DNA from: Octopus vulgaris
Lineage: Eukaryota
Reading direction: 5' to 3'
DNA length: 64,000 nt
Assembly (NCBI GenBank): GCA_951406725.2
Contig: OX597833.1
Span: forward strand, 32,054,001 to 32,118,000
Shown here piece by piece: positions 1-12,839 of this stretch; positions within the stretch are counted from its first letter, which is position 1; each line of letters starts with the position of its first letter. The notes beneath the pieces are model-generated. The model was not told the DNA's origin. It searched no databases and saw nothing but the letters and a program-made list of their open reading frames with translations. A program made the translations under genes and the position numbers.

Positions 1-600
1 GATATAGAGTGAGGAGGGGAGTAAGATACTTGGAGTTGTGAAAGGTATGCTGAGAGATATGAAAGCAAAAAGAGGTGTGTATGAGGGCATGGTTGTGCCG
101 ACAATGTTATATGGTGCAGAGACGTGGGGTCTGAGAGAGGCGGAAAGGAGGCGACTAGATGTGTTTGAGATGAGATGTTTGAGGGCTATGGTTGGTGTGA
201 CACGGATGGACAGGATGAGGGATGAGGAGGTGCGAAGGCGAGCAGGAATGAGCGAAAATCTATGTACCAGAATAGAGAGACGATTGTTGAGGTGGGGTTT
301 GGCCACATGGAGAGGAGGGCGAGAAAGGTAGAAGTGGTAGGCAGCTGAACCAGAGGCAGACCTCGGTTTGTGTGGATGGATGGAGTGCGAAAAACTTTGG
401 TGGTGAGAGGTGTTGGCGTGAGAGAGAGACGAGAGAGTTTATAAATGATAGGAACGCTTGGAGAGTTTGTGGCGGGGGTAAAACCAGCATATTCTGTCGG
501 GCCCCGCTGCTGATATCGGGGGTTGCTTTCTATGTTTTGATCCGAGCATAGGACGGGGCTCGCCTCTTTGAACTGGGAAATGAATGGAATGCCTGGTGTG
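1..600 (+). mobile_element. 3' end of RTE-like non-LTR retrotransposon (RT C-terminus plus probable 3' UTR), degenerate, cut by window start
   Basis: ORF 38-331 reads VVPTMLYGAETW..LDVFEMRCLRAMVGVTRMDRMRDEEVRRR..LRWG, the typical post-RT RTE segment. Confidence 0.85.
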
Positions 601-660
601 TGTCTTGTGGTTACCTCCTCCTATGAGGAATAGGCATTAGTAAATATAAAAAAATTCGAG

Positions 661-733
661 GCTCCGATGACGCTATATTCAGGCACTCAACTATGAGTGC
701 GCTGTATCTTATAACAGAAACAACTGTAAGCTA
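661..733 (+). ncRNA. Variant type I hammerhead-like motif (Penelope-associated)
   Basis: gct-CCGATGA-[stem II with gcactca/tgagtgc]-GAAACaactGTA-agc. Its 5' part recurs inverted at ~2401-2422. Confidence 0.5.
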
Positions 734-738
734 ATGAA

Positions 739-845
739 GTTCATAATATTTTTCTCTGTCACCCCATTTTATTACCGGTCTATACTCGTCTAACACTTCG
801 CTCTAAAGCATACATATATTGAGTTCTATAACATGTTATTATTCT

Positions 846-894
<49 letters not shown>

Positions 895-998
895 GTTCAT
901 AATATTTTTCTCTGTCACCCCATTTTATTACCGGTCTATACTCGTCTAACACTTCGCTCTAAAGCATACATATATTGAGTTCTATAACATGTTATTAT

Positions 999-1073
<75 letters not shown>
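739..1073 (+). repeat. Direct tandem duplication of a ~156-bp unit ending in (CT)n(TA)n
   Basis: gttcataatatttttctctgtcacccc... starts at both 739 and 895 and is identical apart from microsatellite length. Confidence 0.9.
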
Positions 1074-1078
<5 letters not shown>

Positions 1079-1289
1079 GTAGCTCCTTCATAATTAGTGA
1101 TTTATATCATTATAGTCCAATGTATATATATATATATACTTTGGGTATGGTAGATGAGTTCAGCAAAAATTTAGATTCAGATGAATATGGTACTTAAGTT
1201 GAGGCACCAGAATTTAGTACGGTATTATTCATACAATTTCAAAGTAAGATGATTAACATCAAAATAAGCAACAAGGATATCCTAAGGTA

Positions 1290-1378
1290 ATGCAGTACGA
1301 TCGTTTCATGCAACTCCATTTAATTGAACAATGCAATCATTATATCAATTTAAAATGCAGAGCAATCTTCAGCTGCAC
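1290..1378 (-). ncRNA. Type I hammerhead ribozyme
   Basis: Minus strand: tgcag-CTGAAGA-ttgctctgcattt...aaatggagttgcat-GAAA-cgatcg-TA-ctgca. Stem I tgcag/ctgca, palindromic stem III, GUA cleavage triplet. Confidence 0.75.
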
Positions 1379-2529
1379 AAAGACATTGAATTTAATTAAA
1401 TTAGAACAGATGGACACATTAGTATAATTATACCTAAAATCTCCAAGATGTTAAGGAGATAGACAAAGAACATGCTGTCTCACTCCAGTTTAGAAGTTAC
1501 TGAATTTTCAAGAAGATATACATTGTTACAGACTCTGCCTGTCACTGACTTTTTTGTCTTTACGGGGTCAGTTTTAATTTATAGACTAGTTTATCAAATC
1601 CCTTATATATCTAAGGCTGAGAGAACAGAGGGCAGTATCTGTTAGGGGTATAGCTGAAGTTGCAGACAGACATCATAGTTGGTATAGTCATAAAAATCAA
1701 GATTTATTCGAAGCAATATCATGCGGTTTGGTAAAGGAAAACTTAAAACAAGATGTTAGGGGGTCTCTCACTAGCAGACCATTGATAATGAAACAAGGAA
1801 AGTCTTATCATGTAGTACTATAGTTAAATATTTTAAACAATGCTGCTATATTGTATACAGTTAAAGTTTAGGGTTATTCAAAGGATTATTGAGAAGAATA
1901 CTATAACAATAGGATAGAAATTTATGAATACTTTTCAATATTACACCAAACTTTACCACAGTAGAGGGAGGAAAAGAAATTATCCTGAAATTGTTTAATA
2001 TTTATACATATTGTGCACTTAAATACTAACTCATCAGATGGTATCTGTGAATATTGATTAATTGGTATATACTGGTATTAATAAAGGAGTATTAAGGTAA
2101 AGGAGCATGCTAATTATATATTAACAAAATTATAATCTAAGCAGTATTTTTTTTATAAGTAGTGAATATACCAGTATAGTTTTATATAAGCTAAGTATGA
2201 ATTTATAGAGATACAAAAATTAGAGTAATTTTATAAATAAAAGAATAAAGAAATAAAATAAAATAATCAAGTAGGGCAGAACACCATAGAAAAGGAAATA
2301 AAATGGCTTAATTACTAATACTATGGTAAAGTATATGTAGCTTATTAACACCAATAGAGAAGATTTTTAGAAAAAGTATAATAATTCAAAAGAGGTTGCC
2401 TCATCGGAGCCTCGAATTTTTTAAAATTTACCCTCTATTGTAGTAAAAATTTAGTATATACTCAAAATATAAAAAAAAAAATGTTATCCTTTTGTTAAAA
2501 TTTGCATGGCGGAAGTCGTTCGGAGAGGG

Positions 2530-3977
2530 ACTCTCTTAAGGCACAATCGACATGATCTTTTGTGCCCGCCAACTCCAGGAGAAATGTCAAGAACAACAAC
2601 AGCCTGCAATGTTCATCTTCTGAGATCTAAAGAAAACCTTTGACAAGATCCCTCGTCCTGCAATGTGGGCCGTCCTTGCTCGGTTTGGATGTCCGGAGGA
2701 GTTCCCTGCCTTGGTTCGCTCCCTTTACGGCGGCATGGTAAGTAGAGTATGCCATCAAAATGCTCTCACATACCCGTTTCTAGTCATTGGGAGTTTTAAG
2801 CAAGGATGCATTCTGGCACCAATCTGTTCCTCTTTGTACATGGCCGCCTTGTTCAACGAAATCTCGCTAGCTTCGCCTTCCACCAGCATGCGCTATCGCT
2901 TGGATGGCGGACTTCTTCAATCTCGCACGTCTCCACGAAAAGACGGGCACCTCCGCCATCTCAGTCCGTGAGATGCAGTATGCCGACGACAATGCTACCC
3001 CGAACCGGGCCGTAGATGGCTTACAAAGGACAGCTGATCTTTACAACGTGGCTTACGAATGCTTAAGGATGCAGGTAAACACATTAAAGACCAAGACCTT
3101 GATCTAGCCTGCAGCAGGCCGCAACAGTCCACCCACGAAAGCTAGCATCAACGGCCAACCTCTAGAAGTTGAACACTCATGCCTTGGGAGTATCCTTTCG
3201 AAAACTCCCACGTGCGAAAAAGATGTGGAGAACCGGATCATGTTGGCCCACTCAGCCTTGGGTAGACTCAGCCAACGTGTATTCTTCAATCACGCAGTGT
3301 CCATTCGGACAAATATCAAGGTCTTCTGTGTCATTGTCCTGACAACTCTTCACTACGCTACGCTTCTGAGACTTGGACGCTGTATCGCTGTAACTTCAAG
3401 CGCCTTGAATGCTTCCAGCAATCCAAACTACGACAAAGCTTCAATATTTGATGGAAAGATCATATTACCAACAACGAAGTTCTTCGCTGCGCCTCACTAC
3501 TAAGCGTCGAAGCCATCATTCTTCGCTATCGTCTCCGCTGGGCAGGTCACATCCAGCGTATGGAGCCCTCTCGTCTCCCGAAGATCATGCCCTACGAGAA
3601 CCTGCTACCGGAACAAAACCCAGAGGAAGTCGGATATTCCGTTTTAAAGAACAGCTTAAACGGATCCTGGCTCAAACTAATCTCCAGCCATCCCCATGGG
3701 AACAGATTGCCATTGATAGAACAACCTGGAGGACTGCTATCCGCAATGGAGACAGCTTCTTCGAGCAGAACAGACAACAGAAAAAAGAGGTAAAACGCAA
3801 GAGAAAAAAGGAGCATTCTTCAACATCCTCGATCCGCACCCACCATCCTGTGTGAATTCTGGCCATAACTCTTTCACCACTGACTTGGACTCCAAAGGCA
3901 TATTCGGTACAAACATCTGGCTGGAGACTGGATGGAGACTGACGAACCGAATGCTCGGATACGAGCTGGAGCCGACG
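2530..3977 (+). mobile_element. 5'-truncated RTE-clade LINE (RT and C-terminus), frameshifted; same family as 56422-59703
   Basis: KQGCILAP, MQYADD and VNTLKTK motifs; closely similar in sequence to 58323-59703. Confidence 0.92.
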
Positions 3978-3987
3978 ATATATAGTG

Positions 3988-4335
3988 CAGGCGCAATGGC
4001 CCAGTGGTTAGAGCAGTGGACACGCGATCGTAGGATCACGGTTTCGATTCCCAGACCGGGCGTTGTGCGTCTTTATTGAGCGAAAACACCTAACAGCTCC
4101 ACGAGCTCCGGCAGTGGGTGGTGACAAATCCTGCTGTACGCTTTCAGCACAACTTTCTCTCACTCTTTCTTCTTGCTTTGTCACGCACTGTGTCAAGCTG
4201 AATCTTCCCGAGAACTACGTTAAGCGTACATATGTCTGTGGAGTGTTCAGCTACTTACACGTTAATTTCACGAGCAGGCTGTTCCATTGACCGGATCAAC
4301 TGGAACCCTCGTCGTCGTAACCAACAGATTACCAC
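3988..4335 (+). mobile_element. tRNA-derived SINE
   Basis: Pol III A box (tggcccagtgg) and B box (gtttcgattcc) in the 5' head, followed by a body and microsatellite tail. Confidence 0.8.
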
Positions 4336-4337
4336 GA

Positions 4338-4450
4338 TACACACACACACACACACGTACGTACATACGTATGCATGTATGTATACGTATAAATATGTAT
4401 GTATGGATGTATATATGCATGTATGTATCAGTCAATCAATCAATCAAACA

Positions 4451-4532
<82 letters not shown>

Positions 4533-4551
4533 ATGTATGTATATATATATG

Positions 4552-4612
<61 letters not shown>
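4338..4612. repeat. Compound microsatellite (CA)n/(TATC)n/(TA)n/(TG)n
   Basis: Direct reading. Confidence 0.95.
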
Positions 4613-4614
<2 letters not shown>

Positions 4615-4830
4615 TCTTTTACTCTTTTTTTGCTTCAGTTTTTTGACTGCGGTCAAGCTAGAGCACCGCCTTCAAGATGTCTTTGGTCGAAGAAATCGCT
4701 CCCAGGACTTTCTTTTGTAAGCCTAGTACTTATTCTATCGGTTTCTTTTGTCGAACCGCTAAGTTATGGAGACGTAAACACACCAACACCGGTTGTCAAG
4801 CGATAGTGAGGGGACAAATACAGACATAGA
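4615..4830 (-). mobile_element. 3' half of the abundant SINE family (as at 25369 and 61260)
   Basis: Reverse complement of ...aataagtact..gctccagcatggccgcagtcaaaatgactgaa. Confidence 0.8.
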
Positions 4831-4833
4831 TAT

Positions 4834-4976
<143 letters not shown>

Positions 4977-5045
4977 TATGTGTGTGTGTATAAGTATATA
5001 TATATATATGTATATATATATGGGAATTTTTTGTGTAATAAGATG

Positions 5046-5292
5046 AACAACCAAGGCTGTGGAGATATTTGAGGTTTTTTTAGATATAAGGTCTTACAGC
5101 TGTTTCTAGGATATTTATTAATTATATCCCTTCATCGGAGAGGGTGTGAGAGGATGGTTAAGTCATAGTTAGTTTAGATTTAACCATCCTCTCACACCGT
5201 CTCCGATGAAGGGATATAATTAATAAATATCCTAGAAACAGCTGTAAGACCTTATATCTATAAATGCTCTAATATCTACACAGCCTTGTTTT
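5046..5292. repeat. Fold-back palindrome; each arm carries a variant hammerhead (5091-5141 minus, 5199-5250 plus)
   Basis: Arms 5081-5161 and 5180-5260 are near-perfect reverse complements; gtct-CCGATGA-agggatat..atatccta-GAAACagctGTA-agac. Confidence 0.85.
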
Positions 5293-5324
5293 TTTTATCT
5301 TTTTACGGTATTATTTATTACGCT

Positions 5325-5433
5325 ATAATTTAATTGTTTTCCATATTTACATTTGAAAAAGTCTCAATGACTGAAACCGGTACTAAAATGTTTTTATAAA
5401 ATTATTTTAGCATTTTCTATTGACTTTGTTTCC

Positions 5434-5489
<56 letters not shown>

Positions 5490-5595
5490 AAAAAAATTCA
5501 AGATAGAAAATGCTAAAATAATTTTATAAAAACATTTTAGTACCGGTTTCAGTTATTGAGACTTTTTCAAATGTAAGTATGGAAAACAATTAAAT
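5325..5595. repeat. Inverted repeat around a (TA)n tract with a degenerate hammerhead-like core; related copy at ~55490-55600
   Basis: aaaagtctcaatgactgaaaccggtactaaaatg versus cattttagtaccggtttcagttattgagactttt. Confidence 0.75.
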
Positions 5596-5779
5596 TTAAG
5601 AAAAATTAAAAGAAAAGTTCTTTTAAAAGAAAAGTTCTTTTAAAAGAATATTTGCATAGTGTTCAGAATTTGCATAGGTTCAGAAAAATCTTTTCTTTTA
5701 ATTTTTCCAAAATTTACGATCGTGAGCCGAATTCCCTTACCACTAAGCCACACGCCTCCTCTCTCTCTCTCTCTCTCTC

Positions 5780-5821
<42 letters not shown>

Positions 5822-5915
5822 CACACACACACACACATATATATACACATATGCATACATACATTAAATACTATACCTTACTCTATACACATACATACAT
5901 ACATACATACATACA

Positions 5916-5946
<31 letters not shown>

Positions 5947-5949
5947 GTA

Positions 5950-8283
5950 ATACATTGTCCCTGCATTACACACAAGACATACAACATTGATGGGGATACC
6001 CTTGTAACTGTAATTCAGAAACTTCAGCATGGAAAAGCACCTGAAAGAGACTTGATTGTTGGATATTGGTACAAGAAGCAAACCTACTGACCATATCTTA
6101 CCAACCTGTACCAGCAAGCTATCAATGGGAACAATAGCATACCACACTGGATAGCTGTGGCAGAGACAAAACTGATCACCAAATGCGGAACCACCCACAT
6201 GGCAAAAGACTACCGGCCAATTGCATGTCAGAACTTAATGCATAAAATATATACAGCATGGAACCTCTTCCTTCAAGACCATTGTGAAAGTAATAACATC
6301 ATCACAGTACAACAAGCAGCTGGGAAGAAGAGAGTCTGGGGATGTGTCGAGCAATTGTTAATAAACAAAACTGTAATCTCAGAGGTGCAGAAACACAGAA
6401 GGAACATAGTTTCAATGTGGTTAGACTACAAGAGAACGTTTAACTCTGTTCCCCCACTCATGGATGCTTGAAGCCCTTCAACTTGCTAAACTTCTAGTGA
6501 GTATAGTGAAAGTTATAGCTGACCTGACTTCATCGTGGGCCACCATCTTGAAATTAAGCACAAGGAATGATTGTATTGTCACTGATAGAATACGGTATCG
6601 CAGAGGCATATTCCAACGGGACAGCCTCTCTGTGATGTCTATACTTTCTGTAAATCCCTTGTCATTCATGTTAAGGAAGTCTGAAGGATATCTCACTGGT
6701 TCACAAGGAAACAGAAATACTAAAATTACTTACTCTTTCTTTGTGGATGACTTTAAACTATATGCAAAGAACATGCATGAGATGAAAAAGTGCCTTGACC
6801 TGGTTATAGCATTCTCAAAAGATATATATGACTGGAATTTGTTCAGGAGAAATGTTGCTATATGGTTGTGAAAGAGGGAAAACTGTATATCTGACAAGCA
6901 ACATCACCATCAGTGACTTTACTGCTTCCCCTATATCTGATGAGGAATGTTACAGATATATATTGGGGTGAATGAAAACATATCTTACAATGGCACCTCT
7001 AACAAAACACGTATCACTAAAGAATATTACAGCCGAATAAAGAAAATTTGGACCTCGGAACTCTGCATTCAACAAAACTGGCCCACAATGTGTTTGCAAT
7101 GCCAGTATTTATACAAATATTTGGGCTGCATGATTGGACGCTTGATGAGATCCGTGAAAACCCGGAAGGTACTAACCAGTATACATAATTTCCACATCAA
7201 CCTGCACTGCCTGCACCTAAAACGATAAGAAGGCGGTAGAGGCTTAACATCGATTCAAACTGCCTTCGAATGTCGTATCATATCCCTTCGGCCACATCTT
7301 TTAACCAGTAAGTGCATCCCTTGACCAAGTTTGCATACATAAGGCTGATAACATCATAAGGCTTGGAAGGCAGCTTCTTGAGCAGCAGTCCTTATTTGAT
7401 AACCTTAAATACATGCCCAAAGAAGTCGTACGATTCTACCGCAACATATCATCAGATGAAAGGATGAGCGTATATGAGCAGAAGACCATGCACGGATATG
7501 CTAATAGAAAGCTTCGGGATGAAAGTAACATTAATCATCAAAGCAGTTTATCATGGGCCAACAACCAGATTACTATCTCCCACTTTGAAGGGTATGCGTT
7601 TGCAATCCAGGATCAGGAAATATCAACCAAATACCTGACGCACAAAGAAGGACAGAGATGCAGGAAAAGCAGTATACTGTGACAACCGATGCAGACTTTC
7701 TGGAGTTAACACCGAAGATATCACCCTCATCATAAGTAGTTGTCCGAAAATGTCATCACGATGTTATCTACCGATGAGACATGATGCTGCTAGGACACTA
7801 TGTAATGAAATCTGTCGGAAGGATAACCCCGAGTACAATGAAATAAGAACTCACAGTATGATAGAAGCCATAGCCACTCATAATAAAAAGGAGCACTGGT
7901 GGAATGTCCCAGTGAAAACCTCAATAAAAGGTAAACACAATTGAGCTGATATAATGATTTGGGATGGAGAAAAGAAACTGTGTACAGTTGTGGAAATCAA
8001 CAGCCCAGCGGATGTTAACACAAAGGTGAAAATCAGTGAAAAAGAGAACACCTACCCTGAACTATTGAGAAATCTGCAGTTACTCTATCCAGATTACAAG
8101 TTCAGGTTTATACCTGTAATTATTGGAGTAGTGAGATATGTAACACACTGCCTAAATACCAATCTTGAGAAATTAGGCTTCTCAAAACCAGAAAGGAGAA
8201 ATTTATTTCTAAGTCTACAGATCCAAGCCATCACTGGAACTGTAAAAATATGTAAAACTTTCCAGAAGTTTTACATATTTAAG
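5950..8283 (+). mobile_element. 5'-truncated R4/Dong-like non-LTR retrotransposon (RT, CCHC knuckle, restriction-like endonuclease), pseudogenised; probable 3' UTR resumes after the mariner (9538-9915)
   Basis: DYRPIAC, WLDYKRTFNSVP, RRGIFQRDSLS, FFVDD, CRL..EDI..IISSC, RHD, DIMIWD...VVEI. Confidence 0.88.
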
Positions 8284-8285
8284 TA

Positions 8286-9535
8286 TTGGGTTGGCTACTA
8301 AGTTCTTGCCGTTTTTTAAAATTTAATATTTTTAAAAGGTTTAATAAAAAAATAACAACTAATTAATCAATAATGTATTCACCATTGTTGTTTACAGCTT
8401 CTTCCCAGCGTTCAATAAGATTTTCAACACCACGTTGGTAGAAATCACTCGATTTCGACTCGAAAAATTGATCCAACCAAGCTCTCAATTCTGTATCAGT
8501 ATTGAACGAAATTCCGCGCATAGCATTTGAAAGAGATCGAAAGAGGTGCCAAATCAAGAGAGAACGGCGGCTGTGGCAGCACTTCCCAGCCATGCGTTTG
8601 AATGGCTTCTTTGGTCATGAGGGCGGGCGTTGTTGTACAGCAGAACTCCATGCTGCCGATTAAGTCTTTTCTCTTGAATAGCCGTGTTGAGTCGTTCCAT
8701 CTGTTGAACATAGAGTTCCGCGTTCACCGTTTGGTTCCGTTCGAGCAATTCATAACGGATAGTCCCTTCCTAGTCCCACCATACGCACAACATCGTTTTA
8801 CGCAGATGAAGATCTTGTTTCACGTGCGGTGTCGCTTATTCACCGGGGCTAAGCCATTCTTTACACTGCTTCATATTGATGTACAGGCACCATTTTTCGT
8901 CACCAATAACGATTCGGTAAAGAAATCGTTGCTTGTGTTCATGAGTTGAACGGTGACGAGCAAACAAACCAGCGGAAATTGTGGCTCGTCAATTTTTATT
9001 GTTGTCACTTAAAGCATGCGGAACCCATGCTCCATACTTCTGAACTTTTCCCATCGAGTGAATATGCTTCTCTATAGCAGTGTGGCAGCATTCCATTTCT
9101 CTACCAGTTCTCTTGTCGTTTGACGAGAATTTTCGTGCAAAACTTGGTTTAATCGCTCTTCATCGAACTCAACTGGACTGCCAGAACAAGGTGCGTCTTT
9201 GAGGTCAAAATTTCCATTTTTGAACTTGGCATACCAATCACGAGTGGTTCTTTCAGCTATGGCTCCCTCTCCATACACAGCACAAATGTTGCGAGCAGCT
9301 TTTGCGGCCTTAGAATCTTCATTAAAAGCAAAAAGAAGGTGTCGAAAATGCTCGTTTTTCTTAATGATCTGAAAATATAAAAAATTAACTAAAATTAACT
9401 AGAAGACAAAACAAGACAAAATAGATTCCAAAATGATTTAAAAATAAAATTCTTGAAAAAAATAGATTCCAAAATTTAAAAACGCAATAAATTCCAAAAT
9501 TTAAAAAAACGGCGGGAACTTAGTTGCCAATCCAA
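8286..9535 (-). mobile_element. Mariner DNA transposon, full length, transposase disrupted
   Basis: TIRs ttgggttggctactaagtt / aacttagttgccaatccaa with TA duplication; VYGEGAIAERT..WYAKFKNGNFDL, HGWEVLPQPPFSLDLAP. Confidence 0.93.
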
Positions 9536-10773
9536 TATATATGAGCATGTCTAGATATGCAAGTATATGCATGAGAAGGCATACATAAAAGAGAGGATAC
9601 AAATCAGCACGTATACATGCATACATGTATACATACATACATACATACATACATACATACATGCTTGCATACGTACATACATACATACACACACACATAC
9701 TACATACATACATACATACATACATGCATACATACATACATACATACATACATACATACATACATACATACATACATACATACATACATACATACATACA
9801 TACATACACAGTTCATTTTTTGAAATTCCAATGAAAGTACCTCGGATCTAGGTTAGAAACGGGTTTTCTCTATTGGCAAGAAATCTTGAAATAAAACTGA
9901 ATGATGACATACATATAATTTGGTGAACTTTTGGTCTAGAATGTTCTTTTAATGTCATTTGCGCTTGTGACTAGCTTGTGATTTCGAATAGCATGAGTGG
10001 GTATTAGAGTTGATACTCTTAGATAATGAATAATTACAAGAATACAAAAAAACATTAAAAAAAATCACCTACGGTTGAAAGTATAAATCAAAACTACTTT
10101 CAAGTTACATAAATGTTGTGTTTTGCCAAGATTGGACTGCTGCAAAGGAAAGGAAAACGCAGCTTAAGTTTCTGATAGCGTGTCCTATTTAATTGCTTAA
10201 TTAATTTCTTTGCGCATAAACATCTGACCTTCAGCTATTCTTTTTCGCTTACGCAAGAAGGTGAAGGAGGAAGACGAGAAAAAAGAAGATGAAGAAAACG
10301 AAAAACGGAAAAGTAGAAGAAAGAAGGAAGAAAGAAGAGAGAGAGAGAGAAAGCAGAAGTAGGAAAAAAGGAGGAAGAGAAAAATGGGAGACGCAAAAAG
10401 GAAATAAGAAAGTAATTGAAGATGGAAAGCAGAAAGGAGAAAAAAGGAAAAGGAAGAAGAAAGAAAAGAGGGGAAGAAAAAGATTAACAAAAAGAGAAAA
10501 AAACAAAAACAAAATATAAAATAGAAGGGGAAAAGAAAGACGAGAATTGATATGCCTAGTTAAAATTGCAATGGAAATTAAATCCAACATCCAATATATT
10601 TAAAGCTTCAGCATGACGATAAGATTATGAAATTTGATAGCATGTATGTATGTATGTATGTATGTATGTATGTATGTATGTATGTAGGCATACACAAACA
10701 TGTATACATGCACGTATGCATATTATATGTGTGCATAAGAATACATATATGTATATATGAAAGCAGGTATATA

Positions 10774-12064
10774 CGAGGGACGTTTAATAAGTAATGCCTC
10801 TGATCCACTTACAGTTGTTTGATCTAGCTGAAATTTTGCATGAGCAATCATTTATATCTCTATAGAGTAAGTGGCAAATTACAGCTCTGAATTAATTGTG
10901 GTTTCTGATTTACAGGTGTTTGAACTGAGTCAAGTGTGAAATGGAGCCTGTTGAGTGTCGAGCAGTGATCCGGTTTTTGTATTTGAAAGGACGCACACCA
11001 CGGGAGACTTTTGATGAAATGAAAGTAACTTATGGTGATGATGCCCCATCATATGAACTTGTAAAACGCTGGCATTGTGAATTCAAACATGGTCGGAACT
11101 CTGTGGAAACAGCTCCCAGATCTGGTCGTCCCCTTCTGCCATTGATGAGGCATCTGTCCGTCAAGTTGAGGCTGCCATTTTCGAAGATCGACGCATAATT
11201 ATTCGCCAAATAGCCCATAAGGTCAAGATTAGTACCGGGTCTGTGGAAACTATCATTCATGACCATTTGCATATGCAAAAGGTGTCTGCCAGATGGATTC
11301 CCAGGTTGCTCACGCCTTTCCAGAAGCAAGAACGCGTCGAGTGCTCGAGGGTGAATTTGGAGATGTGCCAAGAAGATGAGTCAAAACTTTTCAAAAGACT
11401 GATTACACAGGATGAAACCTGGGTCCATCACGATGATCCATAGACCAAAGCCCAGTCAATGCAGTGAAAGCAACGTGACTCACCTCCTCCAAAGAAGGCA
11501 AGGGTGCAGCCCTCCGCTGGCAAGGTCATGCTCACAGTCTTCTGGGACCAGCACGGAGTAGTGATGACAGATTTCCTGGCAAAGGGTACCACAATTGCAG
11601 GAGCCTATTATGCTTCACTTTTGAGGAAATTAAGAGAAGTTATCAAAATCAAGAGGCGGGGCAAGATCAGCAAAGGCATCCTCCTCCTGCAGGACAACGC
11701 TCCGGTTCACAACTCGCGTGTCGCCAGATCAGAAGCACAGGCGTATGGCTATGGACTCCTCCCCATCCCCCCTACTTTCCTGACCTTGCACCCTCTGATT
11801 TTCACCTCTTCCCAATCATGAAGTTGTTTTTGAAAGGAAAGCGTTTCCCAGATGATGCAGCCTTGATTTCTGAAGTCACGTTGAGGTTAGAGGACCAAGC
11901 TGGGTTCTTCTACAAAAACGGTCTCCAGAGCCGCATCAAACGATGGGAGAAATGCGTAACTCTGGGTGGTTCCTATGTTGAAAAAGACTAATAACTGTGC
12001 CAAGTGTCGTTGCTCTACTGCTATGGGAAGTGGGTCAGGGGCATTACTTATTGAACGCCCCTCG
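10774..12064 (+). mobile_element. Mariner DNA transposon (DD34D type), full length, transposase 10941-11990 frameshifted
   Basis: TIRs cgagggacgtttaataagtaatgcc / ggcattacttattgaacgccctcg flanked by TA; WIPRLL, ITQDETWVHH, LLQDNAPVH, PDLAPSDFHLF. Confidence 0.95.
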
Positions 12065-12329
12065 TATATATATATGTATATATATATATATGCGCAAGAT
12101 AAACACATATAAATGTGTGTGCGTGTGTGTGTGTATATTTACGTGTATAGTAACAATATCGTGCAGCCAAAAATGACGGCATTTTAAAAGAGAAAAGCTG
12201 ACATTATTTCCATGTATATAATATAGACTTGTTACAGTACTTTATATACTTCCAGTCTACATTCTGATTAAACTTCGTTTACAAAAAGTAGTATGTTTTG
12301 TCATTTATCAATGTAATATAAATTATCGG

Positions 12330-12605
12330 GCTCATAAGGTTGTGAGTTCGATTCTCGGGGTGTATGTTGTGTTCATCTCATGTTGCTCCAGTCCACTCAG
12401 CTGTAGAAATGAGTTGCAATATCACTAGTACTAAGCTGTATCGGCCTTTGCATTTCCCTTGGATAACATCAGTGGCGTGGGAGGCTGGTATGCATGGGCA
12501 ACTGCTGGTATTCCGTAAACAGCCTTGTCCGGACTTGTGCCTCGGAGGGGAACGTTTTAGGTGCAAACTCATGGTCATTCGTGACCGAAACGGGTCTTTA
12601 ACCTT
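12330..12605 (+). mobile_element. SINE fragment
   Basis: B-box-like gagttcgattct followed by a SINE-like central segment gctccagtccactcagctg..aaatgagt. Confidence 0.6.
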
Positions 12606-12839
12606 TCTATAATTATCTTTATGATATGCATTATATATAAAGCTGTTACAAGAAACATCATAATATGCAAATTTTATACAATATATACCTGTTTGTAGGT
12701 CGTATATAAAATATACATTTTAACATTGAATATATACATTGTACACTGCATCATACATTATTGAGTATGATTTAAACATTTCTGCCTTGAATCTTTTTAG
12801 TGAGCATAGTTGAATGCCATACCCATGGTGATTTTTACT

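Noticed and set aside
3988-4060. tRNA gene (also 25369, 61260, 5710-5760)
   Set aside because: A/B-box heads continue into SINE bodies, with no proper acceptor stem or terminator
10197-10590. Lys/Glu/Arg-rich and Phe/Ser-rich ORFs
   Set aside because: Low-complexity purine tract
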